Both the position numbers and the translations under genes were made by a program. A DNA stretch of 64,000 nt from a virus. The notes under the pieces are model-generated. The model was not told the DNA's origin and made no database searches. It saw only the letters and a list, made by a program, of their open reading frames with translations. Shown one piece after another: positions 1-9,550 of the stretch (its first letter is position 1; the number at the start of each line of letters is the position of its first letter). The stretch lies in IMG/VR virus record IMGVR_UViG_3300027754_000044. One strand, written 5' to 3'.

Positions 1-742
1 TAGTCTGTTTTTTCCACTCCTCATCGCGCCCAGGAATAGAACTCCAATGGACTTCGATATTGATATAGTCGCTTCGTTTCTGTTCAGAATCAGTCCACAT
101 TTTATAGAAGTGATTCATACCGTTTGGTGTAGAAACTATGATAATTTTGGTTGTCTGACCTGCGCTAATCGTCGGATAGACTGATTGAAAAAATTCATCT
201 GCGATATTTCTAGGAACGAAAGCAAATTCGTCTAGAAAAATCAAAGAATACGAACCTCCTCGAATAGCACTGGATGATGTTGCAGCCGCAGTAATTTTAG
301 ATCCGTTTTCAAACTCCAAAGATCCTCTATTCCAAGTTGCGACTCCTTGCTGAATCCATTTTGGAATATGCTCGTATGTTAGTTTAATTTTGGCTAGAAG
401 TTCATTCGCAAGACGACCCTTATTCGCTAGAATTGCAATGTTTTGATTGTCATTGAACAGGGCATTCCAAAGAAGGTATCCTACAACCGTGGTGCTCTTA
501 CCACTTTGGCGCGGAAGTTTGCAAATAACGAAACGGTTAGAATGAAACTTCTTGACCATATCTTTTTGAAAATCCCACATTTTAAATGGAACTAATCCTA
601 AATCGACAGATACGATCTTTACATAGTTTTCAATAAAATATTCTGGGTCTCCAGAACACCTGATATATTCTTCAAGTTCTTCTTTCGAATAATCTATTTT
701 AACGCCCAGTGTCTTGAGCAAAGGATTTGATGCATTACCCAT
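1..742 (-). CDS. gp17: Terminase large subunit (T4 gp17-like), 5' part; runs off the window
   Basis: Manual translation from ATG at 742: MGNASNPLLK...KLPRQSGKSTT (Walker A)...IFLDEFAF (Walker B)...IIVSTPNG. Confidence 0.95.
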   Translation of the reverse strand, partial: MGNASNPLLKTLGVKIDYSKEELEEYIRCSGDPEYFIENYVKIVSVDLGLVPFKMWDFQKDMVKKFHSNRFVICKLPRQSGKSTTVVGYLLWNALFNDNQNIAILANKGRLANELLAKIKLTYEHIPKWIQQGVATWNRGSLEFENGSKITAAATSSSAIRGGSYSLIFLDEFAFVPRNIADEFFQSVYPTISAGQTTKIIIVSTPNGMNHFYKMWTDSEQKRSDYINIEVHWSSIPGRDEEWKKQT

Positions 743-755
743 TGTAATTTTTACC

Positions 756-784
756 TTGACAATTAGTTATCTTCATGATATAAT
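756..784 (+). promoter_or_regulatory. Sigma70-type phage early promoter, antisense to gp16
   Basis: TTGACA(756-761)-17 nt-TATAAT(779-784), with the CCTTGACAATTAG signature of the early promoters. Confidence 0.7.
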
Positions 785-806
785 ACAGGTGTTCCGAGGG
801 ATCATA

Positions 807-1211
807 CTATAGAAGCGATTTATTTCTATTATTGATCATCTTCTGCAGCTCTGCAGTATTCCCGACAAACAAATTGTTCTGGATATTAGTATCACCAATA
901 GCAGTTTGATCTATATCTTTTAATTGCTTACGAAGATGGATTAAATCCTTATTCGCATCAACCAGTGTTTTTATCATCTGAGAAACAACTTCATAAGCTC
1001 TAGGGGAATCGCTCGCTCGCGCGAGGAGAATAATATCATCTAGAGCTCCAGTGCCTTTAGAAATAATTGAATGTATATTTTCTCTAGCTGTTTCGAAGTC
1101 TGCTGCTGCATCGTTTTCAACGGATGTAGTTTTAGGTAATTCTACTATTGGTTTCGAATTGGTTGGTAGATTCAATATTTCTTCCATATTATATTCCAAA
1201 TTCGTTTTCAT
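807..1211 (-). CDS. gp16: Terminase small subunit (gp16-like)
   Basis: SPRAYEV and NNLFVGNTAELQKM motifs; between gp15 and gp17. Confidence 0.9.
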   Translation of the reverse strand: MKTNLEYNMEEILNLPTNSKPIVELPKTTSVENDAAADFETARENIHSIISKGTGALDDIILLARASDSPRAYEVVSQMIKTLVDANKDLIHLRKQLKDIDQTAIGDTNIQNNLFVGNTAELQKMINNRNKSLL

Positions 1212-2161
1212 CCAATATATCCATAAGTTCCGTTTGCATATTGGAACGATCTAACTTCATCTACTCCAGTTGCAGGATTGTATTTAAATCCATCAGTATA
1301 GAAAAATAAATTCGCAGCTATTCCATAATCGCTATTCGCTGAAATATTTCTGAAATTAATGGAAAGCGCACTATTACTTGTTGGTGATCCATTCGCAAAT
1401 TGTGCTGGAGTCAATACTATTCTTTCGGCTCTTCCGCTTCGAGCCATGTCATCATCTGTTATTCCTGCAGTGATTCCTCCTAAAGTAGGATCAATCTCAT
1501 TATTTGCAGCATAAACGATGTTAAGATCGACTTGTGTTCTTTTAATAACTCCTGCTCTTTTAACAGGACCAAAGAACCAACCTTTCATTGTGAATGTTAT
1601 AGTATATACTAATGCCCGTCTTGCAATAAAGTCGCCTTCATACGTATCGTCTATGGCTACACCAACCAATATAGTCGGAACATCCATCTTAATTCCCATC
1701 TCTGGGATCAAGTTAATAGTGTTGTTCCATTCTGGTCCGAAGTATGGAATTATTTGCTCGATGATCTGAGCACCATCGTCTGCATTTTTAACAAATATTG
1801 AAAGAGTCATATCGATATTATATGGAACTGGAACATACTGATATTTCATTTGTTTAAGATCTGACGAATTAAAGGCTACGTTTTTAGTTGTAGCTGATAA
1901 TCTACGAGTTCCGTCGTAAGCTAGACCTGTCATTTCAAAGCCCATTCTGGGTAATTGAAGCGCCACGCTCTGATCCAAATTAGCATCTTGTCTTATACGA
2001 ACTAGCCATTTTTCTTTCGGACCATAGGCAATAGGAACTGCGATTGTTTGGATCACTGTTCCTGCAGAATTCAGTCGTTGGACGACCAAATCATTAAACA
2101 TGTTACCAAAGGCAACAATATATCTGCGAATGGTCTGATTATAAAATTGATTTCCAAACAT
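1208..2161 (-). CDS. gp15: Tail sheath stabilizer/terminator (gp15-like)
   Basis: FYNQTIRRYIVAFGNMFN, VPIAYGPKEKW, LPRMGFE, QIIEQIIPYF motifs. Confidence 0.92.
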   Translation of the reverse strand: MFGNQFYNQTIRRYIVAFGNMFNDLVVQRLNSAGTVIQTIAVPIAYGPKEKWLVRIRQDANLDQSVALQLPRMGFEMTGLAYDGTRRLSATTKNVAFNSSDLKQMKYQYVPVPYNIDMTLSIFVKNADDGAQIIEQIIPYFGPEWNNTINLIPEMGIKMDVPTILVGVAIDDTYEGDFIARRALVYTITFTMKGWFFGPVKRAGVIKRTQVDLNIVYAANNEIDPTLGGITAGITDDDMARSGRAERIVLTPAQFANGSPTSNSALSINFRNISANSDYGIAANLFFYTDGFKYNPATGVDEVRSFQYANGTYGYIG

Positions 2162-2163
2162 AA

Positions 2164-3000
2164 TTAATATCGATCCGTTTCTGAAAAAGGATTTCTCTCG
2201 GAAAAATCTATATAGAGAGTCGATTGCTGCTGAATATATTCATTATTAGCAGACGCATCTGTCGCCGACATTTGATATTCTTGAATAATGAAACCATCAT
2301 CTTCGTTTAACAATACGCCAGTACCATCTTGAAGTGTAATTTGAAATAATAACAAATCTGAATTATATCGTGCGCCGATAGCATCGATCGCTGTGTTTCC
2401 AGTCTGTAGACCTTTTCCACCAATACGTTCAAACAACTCACAAGTTAGATCGTATGTGTATAATTTTCCATGTGGATAAAATATGGCTTCATGTTCTACA
2501 AATTTTATCTCATACAGCTTACTTGTTAGTGGGAAAAATATTAAATCTCCCTCGAAAGGTCGTGTTGATGCAATTGAATATCCATTGGCAGTTCCCGACT
2601 CTAATCGGAATGAGTCGGTATTTAAATATGCTCCAGTATTAGCAGTTTCTACTTGATAGTTGTATCCAATTTCATCGAGCAATTTTTCATTTGCTATTTG
2701 ACCCCATCTTTTTTTAGAGACCGTGAATGTGATTTGATCTCGAATTTCAAGGTTAAATTTGGAAAGAAAATCTCCCTCTCCCTCAAAACCTTGAGTGTTC
2801 TTGATATACATTTCTAAGTCAATTGCGTTACTGAACGTAGACAACACATCTTCGCCAAGAAGAATGTCCTCTTTCACAAGGGTTCTTGGAAGATATTTCA
2901 CATCCATGCCATACATCTTTATCGACTCTACAATAAGATCGTCCATGACGTCTTGTTCACGAACATACGTGAACGGTCGAAAAAATTTATTTGTCGTCAT
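2164..3000 (-). CDS. gp14: Neck protein (gp14-like)
   Basis: ESIKMYGMDVKYLPR, RPFEGDLIFFP, DFSERNPFSE motifs. Confidence 0.92.
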   Translation of the reverse strand: MTTNKFFRPFTYVREQDVMDDLIVESIKMYGMDVKYLPRTLVKEDILLGEDVLSTFSNAIDLEMYIKNTQGFEGEGDFLSKFNLEIRDQITFTVSKKRWGQIANEKLLDEIGYNYQVETANTGAYLNTDSFRLESGTANGYSIASTRPFEGDLIFFPLTSKLYEIKFVEHEAIFYPHGKLYTYDLTCELFERIGGKGLQTGNTAIDAIGARYNSDLLLFQITLQDGTGVLLNEDDGFIIQEYQMSATDASANNEYIQQQSTLYIDFSERNPFSETDRY

Positions 3001-3011
3001 AAAAGTATATT

Positions 3012-3755
3012 CTATCCGACCATATCAAAGACAGGTAATGACTGTGAACTTAACATGGTATCTTCTAATCTTTGAATCTCTTCGTTTGCATCCTGCAAAA
3101 TTGCTCTTCCATTGAAAGTTATTCCGCCTGGAAGTTGCATGCCTTCAAATTTTGATAGATTCATTCCCCATTGACGTTTAATTAAAGCTGTAGCGTATTT
3201 GAGTAAAAATATATCAGAATAAACGTCTGTGTATGTCTCTGGATCTATTGTTCCATAACAATCTACAATAATGTATTGACCAGCCATTACATCCGATGCC
3301 CAATCTAGATCTAAAAATAATTTATCCATATGGCGACTGTATCGTATGGGTTTTTTACCGTTGAAAGTTTCTTCCAATGTTTCAACATGACGCATGGCCA
3401 TAACATATGCAGCAGATGCTGAATTAGAAAAGTCAAATAGATCGTTTAGATGCATCTGATATCTGATATTAAACAATCCGTTGATATTGGAGTTTCCGCC
3501 AGTAGCAAATATTGAAGTTACAGATTGAACTGATTCTGGAAGCGTTACATATCTATTTGTAATATCCGCTTCGGTCATCAAATACGATAGGTATAGATGC
3601 TCAGTTCCGTCGTAATGATAATCGCGATAGTAAGCCAAAGCATCGTCGATTCGATCTTGAATTTGATCCTCATCTACGTTGATATCGATAACTGGATATC
3701 CTAGTCTACGCAGGCAATACTCCTTAAATTCTTTTCTTGATACAGGAAGTGCCAT
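3012..3755 (-). CDS. gp13: Neck protein (gp13-like)
   Basis: YCLRRLGYPVIDINV, KRQWGMNLSKF...LPGGITFNG. Confidence 0.93.
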   Translation of the reverse strand: MALPVSRKEFKEYCLRRLGYPVIDINVDEDQIQDRIDDALAYYRDYHYDGTEHLYLSYLMTEADITNRYVTLPESVQSVTSIFATGGNSNINGLFNIRYQMHLNDLFDFSNSASAAYVMAMRHVETLEETFNGKKPIRYSRHMDKLFLDLDWASDVMAGQYIIVDCYGTIDPETYTDVYSDIFLLKYATALIKRQWGMNLSKFEGMQLPGGITFNGRAILQDANEEIQRLEDTMLSSQSLPVFDMVG

Positions 3756-3782
3756 AGTAGCTCCATAATTGTATTTATGACC

Positions 3783-3790
3783 TATTTATA
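3783..3790 (-). promoter_or_regulatory. T4-type late promoter for gp13-gp17
   Basis: TATAAATA just upstream of gp13. Confidence 0.7.
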
Positions 3791-3791
3791 A

Positions 3792-4496
3792 TTAAAATAC
3801 CCTCCAGTTTGATATTGGCTGAGTTCCTGTTGGATTCGATGAAATATCACGATAGCATATAATAAAATCTCCAGCTAGGCATATTCTTTGTTGAAATAAT
3901 TCGTCTTCGTCAAATGCTTCAACGATCGTTTCTGTTTCTGAATCAAATCCTACGTTGTCGTGTTTTAATTTTCCAGGAAAAACAAAAAGATCGCCTTCTT
4001 TCACATTTTGTGTCCACGTGGCTGCATTGAATTGATTAAAATTATTATTGCAGTTCCAATGAGACATCTCAAAATACAAATCATTCATATTTCCATATTT
4101 TCTGTGAAATCTTAGAGGTCTATCGAGTCCTTTTGGAATATTAATGTAGTATGTGAAAACAACATGCGCGTCACCATGACTATGAATATTGGATTTAGTT
4201 CCAGAAACACTCAGCCACGATTTTACGAGAAATAGATCATACAATTGATCGTCTACGTTCATTGATCGTATATACTCTCTGGCGCAATCTGATGCGAAAC
4301 GAAATATTGGAGAATATGAATCTACAGTATGCAGACTTACATGCTTCGTATTTTCACCAACGCCAATGACACTAGGAGTAGTTCCATTATTTCTAATATA
4401 ATCAAAGATCGTCTTTTTAAATTGATCTTTGAATATATCATGATCCGGAAATTTCCACTCGCCGTATAATGTTGGAAATATTTCATGCTTTATCAT
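3792..4496 (-). CDS. Putative 2OG-Fe(II) oxygenase (TIGR02466-like)
   Basis: IFPT N-terminus, SW, HSH, YYIN, EGDLFVFPGKLKH, RICLAGDF pattern. Confidence 0.7.
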   Translation of the reverse strand: MIKHEIFPTLYGEWKFPDHDIFKDQFKKTIFDYIRNNGTTPSVIGVGENTKHVSLHTVDSYSPIFRFASDCAREYIRSMNVDDQLYDLFLVKSWLSVSGTKSNIHSHGDAHVVFTYYINIPKGLDRPLRFHRKYGNMNDLYFEMSHWNCNNNFNQFNAATWTQNVKEGDLFVFPGKLKHDNVGFDSETETIVEAFDEDELFQQRICLAGDFIICYRDISSNPTGTQPISNWRVF

Positions 4497-4510
4497 AATA
4501 TAAGATTTTG

Positions 4511-4864
4511 TTATGTAGTTTTTATTACATCAATATTATGAATTTTGTAATATTCTAGTTTTTCTAAACTAAAAGTTTTTCTGACTGCATCATTATCCCA
4601 TTTTAAGCAAGATTCTTGATTTGCAAAGGTTACTGTTACCACTCGCACAGTTGATGTATTTGAAGAACAAATTTGATTATTAGAATTTTTAAATTCGACG
4701 GTATTAGATAAAATCAAACCTGTATCAACATAATATTTTTTTCTATATTCAAAAATATTTTTATAGTCAGAATTTGAATCAAAAAACATCCACCTAAATG
4801 ATAGAGAGCAATTTGCTGGTTTGGTTTCTGTTATAACCTTAACGTATGGCATATATGACTCCAT
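4511..4864 (-). CDS. Hypothetical protein
   Basis: 117-aa ORF downstream of a late promoter. Confidence 0.55.
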   Translation of the reverse strand: MESYMPYVKVITETKPANCSLSFRWMFFDSNSDYKNIFEYRKKYYVDTGLILSNTVEFKNSNNQICSSNTSTVRVVTVTFANQESCLKWDNDAVRKTFSLEKLEYYKIHNIDVIKTT

Positions 4865-4873
4865 TTTATGACC

Positions 4874-4891
4874 TATAAATAACTATTTATA
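4874..4891. promoter_or_regulatory. Back-to-back late promoters
   Basis: TATAAATA on + (4874-4881) and on - (4884-4891) between divergent genes. Confidence 0.7.
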
Positions 4892-4912
4892 ACGAGTGTA
4901 ACGATAAATAAA

Positions 4913-5737
4913 ATGATAATTAGTGAAAACAATTGGATTAATGACAATATTTTTTCGGAAAGAATGACAGAAAATTATGAAGTAAACATGAAACCGTATC
5001 CATTCAAGCCCTTAAAATTTTATGATGCTGCTCAGCAGGCAGCGATAAATATATCAAAAAAATATAAAAATCTTTATGTAGGATTAAGCGGTGGTATTGA
5101 TTCGGAATATGTATTAGTATGTTTTCATAAATTAAAAATTCCAATAATTCCTCTGATCGTTTTGTGCGAAGGAAATGAGGAAGAAACAAAATACGCATTT
5201 AAAATATGCAAAAAACTGGAAATAAAACCAAAAGTCATTGAATGTTCAAATATTCAAATTATAGACATATGCATTAATTTTATATTCAAAAAAATAAATG
5301 GTATAGGATTTGAGTCTGCAACTAGAGTTTTCGCTGCACAATATGTTAAAAATAACAATGGAACTTTAATTTGTGGTGACCATGTTCTTGGAGATGGTGA
5401 TGAAAACTTGATAAAGGATAGCGAATATTCTATGAATGAATATGATGGATATAATTCAGCGCATTATGGGGATGAAATTGGATTTTATTTGTATACTCCT
5501 GAACTCACGTATTCTATGATTAGTGGAAATACTTTAGACGGCGAAAATATGAGCTGGAAAGAGTATAAATCTAAATTATTTGGATTAGAAATGAGAGAGA
5601 AAATTTGTTACAATTATCCAGAAAAAATTAAAAAAATAAATCAACTTTTAATTAGAAAAACAAAAACTAACGCAGGAAAGCGTTGGAAAAAAAATGAGAT
5701 TCTTGATATATTTAAACCATATATAATGCAACTATAA
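4913..5737 (+). CDS. PP-loop (adenine nucleotide alpha-hydrolase superfamily) protein, paralog 1
   Basis: LYVGLSGGIDSE PP-loop motif. Confidence 0.7.
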   Translation: MIISENNWINDNIFSERMTENYEVNMKPYPFKPLKFYDAAQQAAINISKKYKNLYVGLSGGIDSEYVLVCFHKLKIPIIPLIVLCEGNEEETKYAFKICKKLEIKPKVIECSNIQIIDICINFIFKKINGIGFESATRVFAAQYVKNNNGTLICGDHVLGDGDENLIKDSEYSMNEYDGYNSAHYGDEIGFYLYTPELTYSMISGNTLDGENMSWKEYKSKLFGLEMREKICYNYPEKIKKINQLLIRKTKTNAGKRWKKNEILDIFKPYIMQL

Positions 5738-5740
5738 ATA
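5733..5740 (+). promoter_or_regulatory. Late promoter
   Basis: TATAAATA upstream of PP-loop paralog 2. Confidence 0.6.
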
Positions 5741-5759
5741 ATTAATTATAACGATTCGG

Positions 5760-6647
5760 ATGCATATGATAATTAGTGAAAATAATTGGATGATTGATAA
5801 TTTTACGTCCACAGGACTTACATCAGATTACGATATAACATTTAATTTATATTCATTCAAACCATTAAATTTTTATTTAGCTTCTGAACAAGCAGCAATT
5901 AAATTATCAGAAAAATATAAAAATCTTTATGTGGGATTGAGTGGTGGTATTGATTCGGAATATGTATTGTTCTGTTTTCATAAATTAAAAATTCCAATAA
6001 TTCCTCTGATCATATTATGTGAAGGAAATGAGGAAGAAACAAAATACGCATTTAAAATATGCAAAAAATTAAATATTATTCCTAAAGTTATAACTTGCTC
6101 AAATTATGAAATTTTGGATATATGTGTAAATTTCATATATAAAAAAATGAATGGTGTAGGATTTGAGTCTGCAACAAGAGCGCATGCAATGCATTATGTT
6201 AAAAACAATGGTGGAACTTTGATCTGCGGGGATAGTATTATAGGTGATGGTAATAGGTTAATAAGAGATAGTGAATATACTATGGATGAATGGGCTGGGT
6301 ATTTTGGATACGAGATTGGATTTTTTACATACACTCCAGAACTTACATATTCCATGATTAGCGGAAATACTTTAGACGGCGAAAATATGAGCTGGAAAGA
6401 GTATAAATCTAAATTATTTGGATTAGAAATGAGGGATAAGATGAGATACATATATCCAAAAAATAATCAAAAGATTATTGAATCTATGTATAGAGTTGAT
6501 CCGATCGAGCAAAAAAGACTCAATCATCTGCGTTCTCTAGGCATTCAAGTGCAACATACGCCACTTTCAACAAATAATAATTTTAAAACTGGAATAAAAT
6601 GGAAAAAAAATGAGATTCTTGATATATTTAAACCATATCTAATATGA
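5760..6647 (+). CDS. PP-loop protein, paralog 2 (recent duplicate of 4913-5737)
   Basis: LYVGLSGGIDSE; long blocks nearly identical to paralog 1. Confidence 0.7.
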   Translation: MHMIISENNWMIDNFTSTGLTSDYDITFNLYSFKPLNFYLASEQAAIKLSEKYKNLYVGLSGGIDSEYVLFCFHKLKIPIIPLIILCEGNEEETKYAFKICKKLNIIPKVITCSNYEILDICVNFIYKKMNGVGFESATRAHAMHYVKNNGGTLICGDSIIGDGNRLIRDSEYTMDEWAGYFGYEIGFFTYTPELTYSMISGNTLDGENMSWKEYKSKLFGLEMRDKMRYIYPKNNQKIIESMYRVDPIEQKRLNHLRSLGIQVQHTPLSTNNNFKTGIKWKKNEILDIFKPYLI

Positions 6648-7759
6648 ATTCTAACATTCAAATATATTCACCAGATAAATTTGGTTTTTATCAAGTTGGC
6701 GAATATAAAAGTTATAGCAAAATAGAAGCAATAGAATATTCTTTGAAGAGCAAAATAAATGTTCATTGGAATTTCAATGATGAAGTATTTTCAAAAGTAG
6801 ACTTTTCAAAAGCTCCGGATATTTCTTTGAGTGACTTGTATAAATTAAGATGTCAGCAAATTAGAAATTCTTATGACTACGTTGTTTTATTTTATAGTGG
6901 TGGGTCTGATAGTCACAATATGTTGATGCATTGGATCGAATCTGGATGTAAAATAGACGAAGTGGCTATTTTAATATCATACGATGGATCTAAAGAAAAA
7001 TATGATTACGCGAATGCTGAACAATTTCGCGTTTCTATTCCTAATACTATAGAACTTTCAAAAAAACACAATTTCGATTACAGGATAATAGATTTTTCAA
7101 AATACGTTATGGATTATTTATCTAACGGTGAAATAATATACGACATGAATTATCATCTTTCACCTAACAATATAGCAAAATCTTTACTAAGAAGTAAAAT
7201 AGACGCATGGAAAGATTTGATTTTATCTGGTAAAAAAGTATGTTTCGTTTGGGGACATGATAAGATTAGTCTATTCCCTGAAAAAAATGGAAAAATGACT
7301 TTAAAATTTATGGATCAGCTAGATAATCTAGTATCTCCGATAACGCAAAGAAATTACAGCAATGGGTGGTACGATGAATTTTTTTATCATTCTCCCGATT
7401 TTCCTGAGATTATGAAAAAGCAAATCGACATAATTAAAAAGTTTTTAGATATAAAAACTGGAAGCGTTTTTAATTTATTATTATATTACCAGCAAAAGAA
7501 TAATTATAGAGGATATTCTCGTAGATTAAATATGTATCTTTCTGACGACGGATACAGGAAACTTCTATATCCATATTGGGATTCTAATACATTTTCTTAT
7601 GGTAAATCCCCATCTACTTCGAAATCTAGAATCGACAATTGGATATGGAATGGGAATATGCCACAAAAGGATATATTTTTATCTCAACATGAAATATTCC
7701 AATCAAAATTTGCCTCGCTTCCTGTTAATATTTCTAGAAAAAAATATGAAATTATTTAA
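6644..7759 (+). CDS. PP-loop protein 3 (divergent)
   Basis: YVVLFYSGGSDSHN motif. Confidence 0.7.
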   Translation: MNSNIQIYSPDKFGFYQVGEYKSYSKIEAIEYSLKSKINVHWNFNDEVFSKVDFSKAPDISLSDLYKLRCQQIRNSYDYVVLFYSGGSDSHNMLMHWIESGCKIDEVAILISYDGSKEKYDYANAEQFRVSIPNTIELSKKHNFDYRIIDFSKYVMDYLSNGEIIYDMNYHLSPNNIAKSLLRSKIDAWKDLILSGKKVCFVWGHDKISLFPEKNGKMTLKFMDQLDNLVSPITQRNYSNGWYDEFFYHSPDFPEIMKKQIDIIKKFLDIKTGSVFNLLLYYQQKNNYRGYSRRLNMYLSDDGYRKLLYPYWDSNTFSYGKSPSTSKSRIDNWIWNGNMPQKDIFLSQHEIFQSKFASLPVNISRKKYEII

Positions 7760-8240
7760 GAGAAAATAGATCAATTTCAGATGTTGAAATCGTTTCTAAT
7801 ATATTTTGGGATTCCTGAATTGTTTTTATTAAGGATGCTTTTTTTACAAGAAATGAATTTCTTTTAATTTCAAATTCTGAAATACTAGTTTCAGAATCAA
7901 CGATCGTTTTAAACAGGATACTGCATTCTATCGGAAATCTATCATTAAGAAAATTTATCATTCTTTGTTTTATCAGTATTTCTGATTGATCGTCGACCTT
8001 AGATATCTTACCAGTTGCTGAAAATGTAGAATGATTAAGAACATATGTGTTATCAAATTTTGATACACCGTCCATATTTATTTTATTTTTTAATAAATCA
8101 TACAATAAATTCGGATTAATTTCATTTTCCACATAATATAATCTAGAGATATCATAATCTTTTGTAACGTCCATTTCAGAAATATATTCTAAAATATTTT
8201 TATTTTCATCTAGATACAATAACTTTACAATCTGTGTCAT
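7752..8240 (-). CDS. Hypothetical protein
   Basis: ORF likely starts at MTQIVK, overlapping the upstream stop. Confidence 0.55.
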   Translation of the reverse strand: MTQIVKLLYLDENKNILEYISEMDVTKDYDISRLYYVENEINPNLLYDLLKNKINMDGVSKFDNTYVLNHSTFSATGKISKVDDQSEILIKQRMINFLNDRFPIECSILFKTIVDSETSISEFEIKRNSFLVKKASLIKTIQESQNILETISTSEIDLFSLK

Positions 8241-8791
8241 CTGAATCGCTCCCCTGTAAACCAATTAACCAGTGAGTATCTTGTGCCCTTTGTCACTGGT
8301 GTTACTCTATGTTTTAGAAAAGACGGAAAGACTACAATAGACCCCTGTGGTCTAGAATCTGGAACTATTCCGTTCTCAAATTCAAAATTTCCGCCTTCAT
8401 AATCATCTGGATTAGTGATGCTTATGGTCATACTCAATTTTCTCATATCATTCTGAAATCCAAAAGAATCTTCATGAAAATCGTAAAACTCATCGTTATC
8501 GTATATAGTGAACTGTGGCGCCTGCTGCCCGGTTATAGAAAAATTCCAACCACTATTTTGATTCGCATAGGCCATGTATCTCCAAGATATAGCAGAAACC
8601 CAATCAGTAGGATCAAAAAAACCTACTTTAGATTTTCTTGTTTTTTCATCTATACATCCTTCAGCATTATCGCTCTGACCGCCAACTTTTCCAGAAGTCA
8701 ATTCTAATTTTTTTCCTTCAGTAATAATTGCTTCGCAAACAGAAACTGGTATGATACCTTGCCATGACCACCACATCGGATCAATCATCAT
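8237..8791 (-). CDS. Prolyl-4-hydroxylase-like 2OG-Fe(II) oxygenase (PKHD type)
   Basis: QFTIY...FHED...RKLSMTI...YEGGNFEF...FPSFLKHRVTPVTKGTRYSLVNW. Confidence 0.88.
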   Translation of the reverse strand: MMIDPMWWSWQGIIPVSVCEAIITEGKKLELTSGKVGGQSDNAEGCIDEKTRKSKVGFFDPTDWVSAISWRYMAYANQNSGWNFSITGQQAPQFTIYDNDEFYDFHEDSFGFQNDMRKLSMTISITNPDDYEGGNFEFENGIVPDSRPQGSIVVFPSFLKHRVTPVTKGTRYSLVNWFTGERFR

Positions 8792-9495
8792 ACTTTTTTC
8801 TCCCACACATTATCACGATAGTGACTGAAGGCCGCGCTGTGTCTATCACGATGTTTCATATAACGTGCTTGATCTTCTTCGGTCATCTCTTGTATTTTTG
8901 CTACAGTGTCATATCCACGTTTGAATGGTATAGCTTGCATTAGAGGATATCCGCTTTCCAATTTAATTACTCCAGACTCCATTTTAATAAAACCTGGAAA
9001 ATTTACATACTCATGAAAATTATCTGTATCAACTATTCCGGCCATTAATTCTAAATTATCATCTGTTCTATTTATTGGTGATATAAACAGAGTCGACCAT
9101 CCAGGTGGAGTTTGAACCATCCACCAGTTTAAAAATTTCAATGGATGTTTAGGAATGCGGGGATGCGTTATTACCTGGGATGTTCGATGTGACTGCACTA
9201 TTGGCAAAATGAAATCACTCTCCCAAGTAACACCTGCTCCTTTGTCACTAACACTAATATGAACATCTGCAGCTAATGGAATTATCCATCCCGCGCACAT
9301 GGCATCTAAAAATGGTGGACATCTTTTCAGTGTAGGAGTTGGTGTTATTGATCCTTTTGCTGGAGCAGCATATGGGACTAATTTTTTATACCATTCTGGA
9401 ATATATCTTTTCGCAGGATAAGGCTCTGGAATAACCCCTTTCAGACGAGGTTCGCATTTAAACACAACACTTTCTTCTGTCTTATTCCAAAACAT
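8788..9495 (-). CDS. DUF6065-like protein
   Basis: P.PAKRYIPEWYK, TLKRCPPFLDAM, TPPGWSTLF, GIVDTD, GYPLMQAIPFKR. Confidence 0.6.
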   Translation of the reverse strand: MFWNKTEESVVFKCEPRLKGVIPEPYPAKRYIPEWYKKLVPYAAPAKGSITPTPTLKRCPPFLDAMCAGWIIPLAADVHISVSDKGAGVTWESDFILPIVQSHRTSQVITHPRIPKHPLKFLNWWMVQTPPGWSTLFISPINRTDDNLELMAGIVDTDNFHEYVNFPGFIKMESGVIKLESGYPLMQAIPFKRGYDTVAKIQEMTEEDQARYMKHRDRHSAAFSHYRDNVWEKKV

Positions 9496-9518
9496 AATAT
9501 AAACTCTCCAAAATATAC

Positions 9519-9550
9519 ATTATACTTCAATTTAAAATAATTGTCAAGGG
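9519..9550 (-). promoter_or_regulatory. Sigma70-type early promoter for DUF6065/P4H genes
   Basis: CCTTGACAATTA, 17-nt spacer, TATAAT. Confidence 0.75.
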
